64,000 bases of DNA from Spirochaetota bacterium (GTDB taxonomy: Bacteria; Spirochaetota; UBA4802; UBA5550): contig CAXXHB010000003.1 of the NCBI GenBank assembly GCA_963664815.2, positions 384,001 to 448,000 of the forward strand, given 5' to 3'. A program made the position numbers and the translations under genes. Each line of letters opens with the position of its first letter. The first letter of the stretch is position 1. The notes below the pieces were generated by a model. The model had not been told where the DNA came from, did not search any database, and worked only from the letters and a program-made list of their open reading frames with translations. Shown piece after piece: positions 1-9,907 of the stretch.

Positions 1-1
1 A

Positions 2-1015
2 TTGGTTAATTGTGGTGATAAGAACTCTTTACCACAGCAAGGACCTGAAAGAACAGTTAAAACAATCGACGGCGGTAAAACTGAAATACCTTTTTATCCG
101 CAGAGGATAGCATGCTTTTATAATCCGGCATATGACAAGATAGTAATGCTCAGCAAGGGTTCGAGAATAGCTTTAATGCCAAAAGGAATTTCACCCTGGG
201 CGCATAAGTTTTACCCTGAGCTTGCAGGAATCCCGGTAAATTCAACCGAAGGTATACCCGATGTCGAACGGCTGCTGAAGCTGAAAGTAGACCTTGTGTT
301 TTATCCTAAAGGGCGTAGCAGTATGGAGAAGGTTATGGAAGCCGGTATTGCTGTATTATGCCCATTTAATGATAAATATACACCTTCGACTATGGATGAA
401 TATACCGGAGAATTCAAAAAACAGATTATGTTTTTCAGTGATGTGCTCGGCAGAGATACTGCGCCAAGGGCTGAAAAATATTGTAAATACCTGGATGAAA
501 TTACTTCAAGAGTATTTGCCATTACCTCGAAGATTCCTGAATCGGGTAGGCCCCGGGTTTATTATGGTAAGCTTAATGACCTCTGTTCAACCCAGGGGAA
601 CAATACAATTATGAGATGGTATACTGAACTGGCGGGAGGTATCTATCTTCCGAAAAAGCTGGATAAATATTTTGCAGCAGCAAGCATGGAACAGATTATA
701 GCCTGGGACCCTGATATAATTTTACTGGGAATGTACGGTTCCTTTGATGCTGTAAAAAATACCCGGGGACTGGATACTCTCAGGGCATATAAAAACAGAA
801 GGGTTTTTAAAATACCAACAGGCGTATTCTGCTGGGATATGACAAGTTGCGAAACTGCGATCCTGCCTGTATTCCTGGGGAAAAAATTTCATCCGGGTCT
901 TTTCAAAAACTGGGATATTGAAAAAGAAATGAAGAAATTTTATCTGGAAATCTATGGGATAAGTATTGCTGATAACGATATAAAACGGATATTGGAAGGA
1001 ATGCCTCCATTGTGA
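2..1015 (+). CDS. ABC transporter substrate-binding lipoprotein, Fe-siderophore/cobalamin (helical backbone) family; 5'-truncated by window edge
   Basis: Lipoprotein Cys near start (VNCGDK); 'PQRIAC', 'DVERLLKLKVDLV', 'SMEQIIAWDPDIIL', 'AYKNRRVFKIP' typical of BtuF/FepB-like proteins. Confidence 0.85.
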   Translation: MVNCGDKNSLPQQGPERTVKTIDGGKTEIPFYPQRIACFYNPAYDKIVMLSKGSRIALMPKGISPWAHKFYPELAGIPVNSTEGIPDVERLLKLKVDLVFYPKGRSSMEKVMEAGIAVLCPFNDKYTPSTMDEYTGEFKKQIMFFSDVLGRDTAPRAEKYCKYLDEITSRVFAITSKIPESGRPRVYYGKLNDLCSTQGNNTIMRWYTELAGGIYLPKKLDKYFAAASMEQIIAWDPDIILLGMYGSFDAVKNTRGLDTLRAYKNRRVFKIPTGVFCWDMTSCETAILPVFLGKKFHPGLFKNWDIEKEMKKFYLEIYGISIADNDIKRILEGMPPL

Positions 1016-1182
1016 TGCCGCTGCAGTCTGTTCAGACTGGCATCAATAATATTTGATAAAATTATGTTTTACAAAAACAGATTGCTTTATTTTGTTATCA
1101 ATGAGAATCTTTAAACATTTAGTTATGAATAGATATTGTTATAAGTATAAATGGTATCAGATATTTTCTTAAGGTATGATGA

Positions 1183-2193
1183 ATGCGATGCAGTTATTGT
1201 GAAAGACGATGTGAAATAGCCGGGGGAAAAACCGGGTTTTGCCGGATGTATATAGTTTGTGAGGGAGAGATTAAGGAACGGTTTCCTCACCGGTGGAGTG
1301 CCTGCGGAACATCTCAGGTTGAATCTATTCCTTTCTATCATATTTATCCTGGGAGCCGGTGTCTTACAATAGGTACAACAAGCTGCAATTTCCGCTGCCG
1401 GTACTGTTCCAATGCTTATATTGCAAAGGAATGTCCGGAGCATCAACAGGAGAGAATGTTTAATCTTCCGGCAGATGAACTTGTCGCAATGGCAAAGAAA
1501 CTCAATTGCCACAGTATTATCTTTAATGTGAATGAGCCAACAGTATCAATACCTTCACTTGTTGAGGTTTCAAGGGAGGCTGGAGTCGCAGGTGTTAAAA
1601 TGGGCTGCCTGACAAACGGGTATATGACTGAAGAATCTGCAGAGATACTGGCATCAGTTTTTTCTTTTTTTAATATCAGTCTCAAGGGAATTTCAGACAG
1701 TTTCAATACTGCTTATATCGGCATAGATTCATCAAAACCTGTATTGAGGAATATAAGACGGCTCGCATCAAACCGGCATGTGGAGGTGACAACACCTGTT
1801 ATCACAGGGGGTAATGATAACGAAATAGATTCAATTGCTGATTTTATTGCCGGAGTTAATCCATCAATACCCTGGCATGTATTCCGGCTTCTTCCGGAGG
1901 ATGAGATGAAGGGTGAAGAATATCCCGACATCGGCTATATTGATAACGCGTTGATTGTATCAAGGAAAAAACTCCCATATATCTATTTTCATAACTTTGT
2001 AGGATCAGACTGGGTAAATACCATTTGTCCATCATGTGGAACTGTTGTAATTGAGCGTTTCAGTCTTGGCTGTGGTGGTGACAAACTGAAAAAAATTCAT
2101 ATTGAAGATGGAATGTGTCCTTCCTGCGGATTTACAATTAATTTAACAAGTGAAAAAACCCGGGAAGAAAATACAAGAGGAATAAACAAATGA
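1183..2193 (+). CDS. Radical SAM enzyme, AmmeMemoRadiSam/PflX-like
   Basis: N-terminal CxxCxxxC...GFCR, radical SAM CxxxCxxC (CNFRCRYC), C-terminal CPSCG...CPSCG zinc ribbon. Confidence 0.85.
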   Translation: MRCSYCERRCEIAGGKTGFCRMYIVCEGEIKERFPHRWSACGTSQVESIPFYHIYPGSRCLTIGTTSCNFRCRYCSNAYIAKECPEHQQERMFNLPADELVAMAKKLNCHSIIFNVNEPTVSIPSLVEVSREAGVAGVKMGCLTNGYMTEESAEILASVFSFFNISLKGISDSFNTAYIGIDSSKPVLRNIRRLASNRHVEVTTPVITGGNDNEIDSIADFIAGVNPSIPWHVFRLLPEDEMKGEEYPDIGYIDNALIVSRKKLPYIYFHNFVGSDWVNTICPSCGTVVIERFSLGCGGDKLKKIHIEDGMCPSCGFTINLTSEKTREENTRGINK

Positions 2194-3329
2194 GTACAAC
2201 GATAGTGGATGCACGTGGGTGGCAGAACGCATTCGATCTAAAAACCGGTGATAAAGCTGAGACAGAAACCCCGGTTGCCGGAATCGTGAAAAATGTGCTG
2301 CAGCGGCATCCTTATCCCGGTGATATGGATAGTGGAAGCAATCGCTGGGTAAGCGACACGGCTCTTGATCTTATAGAGAGTTATAATCCGCGTTTTGTGT
2401 TTCTTTCCTATGCTGCCCAGTATTTCGCCGGAAGATATAATGCAATGAAGGAAGAATCCCGTGCTGAAATGATAACTGATGCTTTCAATGAAGTAGGTCG
2501 CTTTGTTAATAAATCAGGTTTTTCTGCGATAGTAGTCGGATCCGGTGATATGACTCCCCTGTTAGGAAGCATCGATATAACGAGGCTTGATGGGATCGGC
2601 GTGTGTACAAACTGGTCGACAAAATATGCAGGCCTCTATAATCCGAGTCAGAAAGACCTTGACTTTATAAACTCCCATCCGTTTGTTGAAAAAATTATTC
2701 CACGCGAAGAGGTTGTCAGACTTTTTAATGGTACGCCTGCTCAGGCTTTGCGGGTACCGGAATTTCTTATACTCGCCCGTATGGGGTATACCTTTAAAGC
2801 CATGAGCCCTACCATGAAAGTTCCGGTAATGATCCCTTCTGATAATTTTAATATTCCATTGCATATAACAGATTATGATGTTAAAGATATTACCGGTATA
2901 AGGGGAGTTATAGAGAAAAAAATTGCAGAGAAAAATGTTGCACTGATAATAATGGAGGGTGTGGGGCTGGATGAATTTCTGCTGTCTCACATATCGTGTA
3001 ATAACGGGAAAGAGTGGTTTTACTATGAAACAGGGGATGCGCAGTATCTAACAATATCTTCCGGAGAGCACCGGTTTTTTGATTATCCGAAAGGATATCG
3101 TTATTTTGATGAAGTGGATAGAACAAATGAGTACCCGTTTTCCGGATATTTTAAATCTGTTCCCGGGAATACCTTCGGAAGTTCATTTGCCGGTAAAAGT
3201 ATTGCAGTGGGAAACAAGAGTATGTTCATGCACATGGTAACGGGAGCGGATATCTCGGTTGAATGTTTTTCGCGAAATATGTTCAATCAGGGAACGATGG
3301 CCGTTATTCACAGGGATGATAAATTGTGA
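2190..3329 (+). CDS. Hypothetical protein, possible alkaline-phosphatase/nucleotide-pyrophosphatase-like fold
   Basis: 379-aa ORF with ATGA overlap to the radical SAM gene; 'SNRWVSDTALDLIESYNPRFVFLSY' and 'IVVGSGDM' resemble AP-superfamily core segments. Confidence 0.55.
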   Translation: MSTTIVDARGWQNAFDLKTGDKAETETPVAGIVKNVLQRHPYPGDMDSGSNRWVSDTALDLIESYNPRFVFLSYAAQYFAGRYNAMKEESRAEMITDAFNEVGRFVNKSGFSAIVVGSGDMTPLLGSIDITRLDGIGVCTNWSTKYAGLYNPSQKDLDFINSHPFVEKIIPREEVVRLFNGTPAQALRVPEFLILARMGYTFKAMSPTMKVPVMIPSDNFNIPLHITDYDVKDITGIRGVIEKKIAEKNVALIIMEGVGLDEFLLSHISCNNGKEWFYYETGDAQYLTISSGEHRFFDYPKGYRYFDEVDRTNEYPFSGYFKSVPGNTFGSSFAGKSIAVGNKSMFMHMVTGADISVECFSRNMFNQGTMAVIHRDDKL

Positions 3330-3446
3330 ATAATTGTTTTATTAAGTTGAACGAAGCTTTCTAAAAAAGAGTATTTCGTATGGTTTTACCGGGATTGTCG
3401 TCTATGGCAGTTGTCGGATTTCTAATCAAGGCTTTAAGTGTTAAAA

Positions 3447-3920
3447 ATGATTTATATAATCTGCGGTGAATACAATCAGGGGAAGACAGCAAAAATAAAA
3501 TCTATCTACCTTGAACAAAAAGAGGGTGATGGGTTTATTACACAGAAAATATTCAGGAATTCAATATTCTGCGGTTACGAAATTGTCAGATTATCTACCG
3601 GTGAGACAGTAACTCAGTCGTTAAAAACAGAATTGTTTCCCCTGGATAAGAAACCATTATTTGCATATGGGCCATTCAGCTTCTGCCATTATGGCTTCAG
3701 TTTTGCCGATTCAATAATTGATGATATAATTAATACAGAAACTGATCCGGTTTTTATTGATGAAATAGGCCCGATTGAGCTTGAGGGAAATGGGCATCAT
3801 AACTGTTTTACTAAAATTTTAAAAACTGACCGGACAATATATTTCACCGTACGTAAGTACAGTCTCGAAAAAGTGATCTCGTTTTTCTCACTCAAAGATT
3901 ATGTATTGATTAAAATTTGA
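3447..3920 (+). CDS. NTPase_1/THEP1-like nucleoside triphosphatase
   Basis: P-loop GEYNQGKT, 'GFIT', Walker B 'FIDEIGPIE'. Confidence 0.7.
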   Translation: MIYIICGEYNQGKTAKIKSIYLEQKEGDGFITQKIFRNSIFCGYEIVRLSTGETVTQSLKTELFPLDKKPLFAYGPFSFCHYGFSFADSIIDDIINTETDPVFIDEIGPIELEGNGHHNCFTKILKTDRTIYFTVRKYSLEKVISFFSLKDYVLIKI

Positions 3921-4104
3921 TGCCGATAGTTAAAATTATTCTATGTTGTAGAACATTAGGTTTATTGGCAGAGTGCGTTTAACGTATTCCTTCAGGTATA
4001 GAGTTTGATTGGAAATCTCATGATATCTGCAAATATTGCCCGAATTGAACGGATATCTGGCTTGCCATCCTTTAAATATAAGTAAGTCTGTAATTGTCTT
4101 ATTA

Positions 4105-4665
4105 TTAACACCCTTTTTTGATGATATTATTAATTATTCCATGCCATTTTAAAGCGTCTTTAAGCAGTACTCTATAATCCTCGCTATCCTTACTTGTTTC
4201 CCAGAATAAAAAGTTCGCTAATACAGATGTATTTTGATAATCATTAAATAATATTTTTAGATCAATTCTGTTTATTTTTTGGTGTATAACAAACAGATCT
4301 CTAATTGCTGATTCTTTTTCTGAAGAAGGATTTTCAGCATTTAATTCATATTCCGGGATATCTGTTTTTATTTCAACTCCATCTTCCAGAATATCACAAC
4401 CTATGATGTCATCAAATTGATATATAAAAGAAGCAGGAGTTCCATTTTTCATCACGCAAATACAGAGCTTTTTATCATCATAATTGATGGCGAGAGCCAT
4501 ATTCTGGTTAACATACTTTTCTGTTGACCTGAAATCTTTAATAAAATCATCAAATATTTTTTTTCTTTTCATATAGTGATTATATGTTTTCATCTTTTTG
4601 TTGTTAAATAACCAGTAATAAATCAGACCGATCACTATTATAGAAACTATTACAAACTTTAACAT
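4105..4665 (-). CDS. Hypothetical membrane-anchored protein
   Basis: 186-aa ORF, N-terminal TM helix, GGAG RBS upstream. Confidence 0.65.
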   Translation of the reverse strand: MLKFVIVSIIVIGLIYYWLFNNKKMKTYNHYMKRKKIFDDFIKDFRSTEKYVNQNMALAINYDDKKLCICVMKNGTPASFIYQFDDIIGCDILEDGVEIKTDIPEYELNAENPSSEKESAIRDLFVIHQKINRIDLKILFNDYQNTSVLANFLFWETSKDSEDYRVLLKDALKWHGIINNIIKKGC

Positions 4666-5080
4666 ATAAATCTACTCCTAATGAAGGATTGACCAGAAAG
4701 GATTTAAACCTGTTTCTGAAATCGTTTTCCCATGATAGATTGTAAACAACCAAAATAGCGTTTAATGTCATAGATATAGAAAAAATTACAAGAAAAATTT
4801 AACAACCGGATTTACAAACAAGATGGAGTTTATTGTAAGGAATATATATTGTCAGGAAAACGGATCTTTTTTTTCTTCAATGATGCTGTAATAGCGCGGC
4901 ATTTATTATGAAGTACGGAACTTCAGATTAGTACATCTTTGAAAATAAATTAATCCATCAAGTTTTGACTGTCTATCAAATTATTTTTTTGTAGACATGA
5001 AAAAGTTATTAATTTAAACTGGCTTGACTTGAAGAGATTTCATTATTAATAATGAATTGGATAGTCTGGAGAAGTATTCT

Positions 5081-6943
5081 ATGACTAGTGAATTAAATTC
5101 AATGTCTGAAATCCGCATAACTGATCTGCGGGTTGAAGACGTAATGACGCGGAATTTCGGTGTTGTAAAACATAACGTGTCTATCAGTGATGTTGTGAAT
5201 TTGATTCTGGCAAATGACTGGGAAGAGATCTTTATAATTGATGAATCAGATAAGTTCATACATATAGTAACAAAGAAACATCTGTTGAACATTATAAAAG
5301 ACGGATTTGACCAGCAGAAACCTATCTCGCATATCTGCAATAATAAAATAATAACAACATCCCCGAAAATTTCCCTGATTGACGCCAGAAGCGTTATGCG
5401 TGAAAACAGGATAGGGCGTTTGCCTGTTGTCGACAAGGACAAAAATGTTCTTGGTGTTTTAACTGCACGCGATGTGTGTAATGGATTTTCATCAAAGCTG
5501 GAAATGCTTGGTGAACATATGTATTCAATTATGGAAAATATTTCTGAAGCCATACAGGTAATAGACTGTACCGGTGTAGTAACTTACTGGAATCATAGTG
5601 CTGAAAAAATGTTTGGTTTTAAAGCATCAATAATTTTAGGTAAAAAGCTTGCTGATTTTATTCCTGATGATCTTCCTTTGAAAGTAATAACAGATCATGA
5701 TACATATCGGGATGTTATAACTGAACTGGATAGTGGAATTGTTATTGTCAGGAATGCGGTACCTGTTATCTCCTCTGGAGGTGAGATGATAGGAGTGGTC
5801 TGTACAAGTAAGGATATCACCGTCACAAAGAATCTTATAAGTAAGATTGACCATTATCAGACGAGAGTCGTTAAACTTGAACAGATTATGGATTCACGTG
5901 AATGCACTCAGGTATCCAATGCAGAAGAAAAGTTTTATACGATAGATACAGAAACATTAACTATATTGAAACAGGCTGCCAGGGTTGCTGCTTCGAATGC
6001 CACGGTTCTTATTACAGGTGAAAGTGGTACCGGGAAAGAGCTTATGGCAAAATATATATATCGTAATAGTCAAAGGTATGATAAACCATTTATTGAAATT
6101 AATTGCGGCGCTATTCCTGAAGCATTATTCGAAAGTGAAATGTTCGGCTATGAATCCGGTGCTTTTACGGGAGCGTCTAAAAATGGTAAACCTGGAAAGT
6201 TTGAACTTGCCAAACTGGGAACTCTTTTTCTGGATGAAATAGGGGAGCTGCCGATAGAAATGCAGGCAAAATTCCTGCGCGTTCTCCAGGAGAAAAATTA
6301 TTACCGGGTAGGAGGGAAAACACCTCTGGTAAGTGATGTGAGGATTATCGCTGCGACAAACCGCGATATGAAAAAACTTGTAGAAGAGAATATATTCCGA
6401 AAGGATCTCTTTTATCGTATGAGTGTTGTTGTTCTGGAAATACCACCTTTAAGAGAAAGAAAATGCGATATCCCGGGTCTTATTCAACTGTTCATCAATC
6501 AGCTGAATCTTCAATATGGAAGATCTATCAGTGGTATTGGTTCTGATGTTATTGATTTATTGACCGATTATTCCTGGCCTGGTAATGTAAGGCAGCTTCA
6601 CAATATACTCGAAAGAATATTTATTCTCAGTGAAGATAATTATATTACATTGCAGACAGTAAGTGAATCCGGTTTAAATACAACATTATCTGGTGACAGG
6701 ATTAACATGAATAATAAACCAGTTATTTCAGAGATTGAGGAGCCAATTAACAGTAATATAAAACTTGATGAATTAATTGATACTCGAGAAAGGGAAGTAA
6801 TTCTTGAAGTTCTTAAAAACTGTGATTATAATAAATCTCAGGCAGCGCAGGTTCTGGGAATTCCCCGCAGTACGTTATATTACAAATTGAAGGTTCTTGA
6901 TATAGAGACTGATCTTGTTTCAAAAAAACTGACATTTTGTTAA
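5081..6943 (+). CDS. Sigma-54-dependent transcriptional activator (CBS pair-PAS-AAA+-Fis HTH)
   Basis: CBS motifs (VEDVMTR, GRLPVVD), PAS (YWNHSAEKMFG), Walker A GESGTGKE, ESEMFGYESGAFTGA, LFLDEIGE, WPGNVRQL, HTH NKSQAAQVLGIPRSTLYYKL; ATG 5081 follows GGAGA. Confidence 0.93.
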   Translation: MTSELNSMSEIRITDLRVEDVMTRNFGVVKHNVSISDVVNLILANDWEEIFIIDESDKFIHIVTKKHLLNIIKDGFDQQKPISHICNNKIITTSPKISLIDARSVMRENRIGRLPVVDKDKNVLGVLTARDVCNGFSSKLEMLGEHMYSIMENISEAIQVIDCTGVVTYWNHSAEKMFGFKASIILGKKLADFIPDDLPLKVITDHDTYRDVITELDSGIVIVRNAVPVISSGGEMIGVVCTSKDITVTKNLISKIDHYQTRVVKLEQIMDSRECTQVSNAEEKFYTIDTETLTILKQAARVAASNATVLITGESGTGKELMAKYIYRNSQRYDKPFIEINCGAIPEALFESEMFGYESGAFTGASKNGKPGKFELAKLGTLFLDEIGELPIEMQAKFLRVLQEKNYYRVGGKTPLVSDVRIIAATNRDMKKLVEENIFRKDLFYRMSVVVLEIPPLRERKCDIPGLIQLFINQLNLQYGRSISGIGSDVIDLLTDYSWPGNVRQLHNILERIFILSEDNYITLQTVSESGLNTTLSGDRINMNNKPVISEIEEPINSNIKLDELIDTREREVILEVLKNCDYNKSQAAQVLGIPRSTLYYKLKVLDIETDLVSKKLTFC

Positions 6944-7005
6944 GTAATTCTACGTTTATTTTAATTAATTGCAGCTCTTTTATGTAATCCGGAGAGGAAG
7001 AAAAA

Positions 7006-8289
7006 ATGGCAACTTATCAGGAAATCAGACAAATGTGGTCAGATATAGGCATTGATCTGGATAAGCATGATATTTTTCTGGATACATTCCCCGGAGTATA
7101 TAAACGGATAATTCAGAAGCAGGAAAGAAGACCCGATAAGATAGATTATTTCAGCAGGATGGTGGCCAGTGTACATGGACGCCGTCCTTATGAACTTTTT
7201 GAACATAAACAGCAAGGGGGTAAGGTTTTTGGTGTCTATTGTGTTTATGTTCCGGATGAAATTATTCTGGCTTTAGGTGGAATCAGTACTGGTTTATGCG
7301 GTGGCGATCAGTTCTGGGTTCCCGGCGGAGAGAAATATTTGCCGGCAAATACCTGCCCATTGATTAAGTCTTCTATGGGATCACGCCTTGACAGAACCAG
7401 TCCCTTTTGCCAGATAGCAGATATCTTTATCGGGGAAGCTACATGTGACGGGAAGAAAAAAGCCTGGGAAATTCTGGCTCAGGATGTACCTATGCATATA
7501 ATGCAGGTACCACAGATGAAAAGGGAGGAGGACATCCGGAGTTTTGTCAGTGAAATACGGCAACTGATAAAAGTTTCCCAGGGTTTAACCGGTAAGCATT
7601 TAACCTTTGATGCTCTGGCCAGGAGTATAGTTACTATAAACAACAAGCGCAGAGCATTGAGCCGGCTTAATCTGACCAGACAGGCATCACCTGTACCCAT
7701 CAGCGGTAAGGACGCCCTCATGGTCATACAGGTGGCTTTCTATGATGATCCAATACGTTTTGTTGAAATGATCAATATTCTCTGTGATGAACTGGAAGAC
7801 AGGATAATTAAAAGAGAAGGTACTTTTTCTGCTGATACCCCCCGTATACTTGTGACGGGAACACCAATGGCTCTGCCAAACTGGAAACTTCATCACCTGA
7901 TAGAGACTTCCGGAGGAGTTGTTGTTTGTGAAGAAAGCTGCACAGGTACACGGTATTTTGAAAATCTTGTTGATGAAAACAGCAGTAATTTGGAAGAACA
8001 GATTATGGCTTTGGCCGATCGCTATATGAAAACCAATTGTGCATGTTTTACCCCCAATAGTGCACGGATTGAAGATATTCTTCGCTATGTTAAAGATTAT
8101 AATGCAGACGGTGTTATAGATTGCTCTCTGCAGTTCTGTGGTCTTTATTCCACAGAAAGTTATCTGCTGAGAGAGGCTTTGCGAAATGAAGGGATCCCCT
8201 TTCTTCATCTGGAAACGGATTATAGTGAACAGGATTCAGGACAGCTGCAGACGCGGATTGAGGCTTTCATGGAAATGATAAAAAAATAG
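7006..8289 (+). CDS. Double-cubane [8Fe-9S] cluster protein (DCCP)-like reductase, 2-hydroxyacyl-CoA dehydratase family
   Basis: Single-chain ~427 aa with Cys set YCVYVP, GLCGG, NTCPLIKSS, TCDGKKK, EESCTG, CACFTPN, LQFC and HLETDYS..D.GQL.TR.EAF. Confidence 0.8.
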   Translation: MATYQEIRQMWSDIGIDLDKHDIFLDTFPGVYKRIIQKQERRPDKIDYFSRMVASVHGRRPYELFEHKQQGGKVFGVYCVYVPDEIILALGGISTGLCGGDQFWVPGGEKYLPANTCPLIKSSMGSRLDRTSPFCQIADIFIGEATCDGKKKAWEILAQDVPMHIMQVPQMKREEDIRSFVSEIRQLIKVSQGLTGKHLTFDALARSIVTINNKRRALSRLNLTRQASPVPISGKDALMVIQVAFYDDPIRFVEMINILCDELEDRIIKREGTFSADTPRILVTGTPMALPNWKLHHLIETSGGVVVCEESCTGTRYFENLVDENSSNLEEQIMALADRYMKTNCACFTPNSARIEDILRYVKDYNADGVIDCSLQFCGLYSTESYLLREALRNEGIPFLHLETDYSEQDSGQLQTRIEAFMEMIKK

Positions 8290-8484
8290 ATTTCAAATTA
8301 GAGAGAGCTGCACTAAGAACTGTCGTACATGATTTTAATTTGAAATTTAAAGATGAAATGTTGAGAATTTAATGAGTAAGGAATTAAATAGAGGTTTGTT
8401 CATTAAGATATGCAGCTTTCTTTACTAAATAGTAAGATGTTAAGGCAGACTCATTAGAATGATTTTAATCAGGGTGGTTTATTA

Positions 8485-9048
8485 ATGACTAATGAAGGAT
8501 TGAAACACAGAAGAGCGAAAATCGAGAAATCAAAGGATATTCTTTTAATTACTGTCCCTTCAATGAAGAAAATTTCATTCATTATATTTCTGGTTGCATC
8601 TTCATGTGTCTGGATATTGGGAGAAAAGGTTGTTGTTGCATTAATTCTAAAGATGGAGGTGCTTCAGGGATTTAATATTATTTTTATGCTCTGGTTTATA
8701 GTATGGACTATAATGGGGTTCTATCTGTTTCTGAAACTGCTATGGGTGATAGCGGGAAGGGAGATAGTTACCATATTGCCAGGGACTTTGAAAATCGAAA
8801 AAGCATATATTATCGGGATTCTCAGAAGCAGAGAGTACCTGCTGGAAGGGGTTAAAGATATTCAGATTGTACCAAATGCATCATTACGACACCGAAGAGG
8901 AGTTGTGTACAATACATTTTTCAAGGGGTATATTAAATTTAATTATGGTAAAAAAACTATTGCATTTATGAGCAGTGTGGATGAGGAAGAAGCCGGATAT
9001 ATTCTTGAACAGATCAAACAATATATTTATAACAGTAATGCTGTCTGA
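8485..9048 (+). CDS. Hypothetical membrane protein (2 TM plus soluble C-terminal domain)
   Basis: 187-aa ORF with two hydrophobic helices. Confidence 0.65.
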   Translation: MTNEGLKHRRAKIEKSKDILLITVPSMKKISFIIFLVASSCVWILGEKVVVALILKMEVLQGFNIIFMLWFIVWTIMGFYLFLKLLWVIAGREIVTILPGTLKIEKAYIIGILRSREYLLEGVKDIQIVPNASLRHRRGVVYNTFFKGYIKFNYGKKTIAFMSSVDEEEAGYILEQIKQYIYNSNAV

Positions 9049-9244
9049 TCTGCAGATTTACTGAACGCCATGATTAAATTATATTCTTTTTTCAGCCAGT
9101 AAGCCAGCATTATTAATACCCTGAACATGAATTTATTTAGTATAATAATTATTTTTTAGAGATTATTATACTAAAACCTGGACTTTTACAGAATAATTAT
9201 AATTTTATATGACGTTCAAGTATGAGAAATCTGACAGATCGATG

Positions 9245-9279
9245 TGTCAAAAGCCTGACATATTGTCAGGTTCCTGACA
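9245..9279. promoter_or_regulatory. Tandem palindromic enhancer boxes TGTCA-N6-TGACA (putative activator UAS)
   Basis: TGTCAaaagccTGACA (9245-9260) and TGTCAggttccTGACA (9264-9279), plus an extra TGACA half-site at 9232-9236. Confidence 0.65.
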
Positions 9280-9845
9280 CTTTGCTGATTTGTTTACGCT
9301 GTAAAATCCGAGAAATAGACATATACTATCTATATTCCTCAATTTCAGATTAACGTAAATTTTTGTTAATAAAAAAGATTTCAACATATTAATTGGACGG
9401 TCTGTATTTAATATATTTTTTTATTTTATTCTGGAAGATTAAAATCTTCTTTCATTAGTAGCTGTGTACACTACTTCTGATTCGTAATTACAGTTTTTAT
9501 TAAAAAAATAAAATAATTCTTTCATTAATCAAGGCTCTTTATTGTTGCCATTATTATTGAATGGCTGCTCTGCATTCTCTATTAGTTTCTTTTTGAGAAG
9601 TATTACCTGTTGCGAGTGTAATACATGCTCTCGAATTATATCCAGTACTTACTGATCATTTTTAAATGCTCAGATTATCATCTTCACTTTATGCATATCA
9701 TCCTTTCCTTTTATTAAAGCTTAATCGGCTCTTCTTCTTTCTATAAAGAAAATCTGTTTCTATAAAATAAAAGTCATGATTAACTTAACATGCATGTTGG
9801 GTAGTGACATTAAAATTATTCAGGTGCTGCAAATATTTTGAGGAT

Positions 9846-9860
9846 TGGCATGGAATCTGC
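9846..9860 (+). promoter_or_regulatory. Sigma-54 (-24/-12) promoter of the CstA-family transporter
   Basis: TGGCATGGAATCTGC: GG-N10-GC spacing, about 47 bp upstream of the GTG start. Confidence 0.75.
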
Positions 9861-9907
9861 GAATTATAATTACAGTACTACAAATAATTAAATTCTAAAA
9901 AGGAGAG

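Noticed and set aside
6944-7005. Sigma-54 promoter for the DCCP-like gene
   Set aside because: TTGCA is present at 6969-6973 but the -24 position reads TT instead of GG; the gene is probably co-transcribed with the activator
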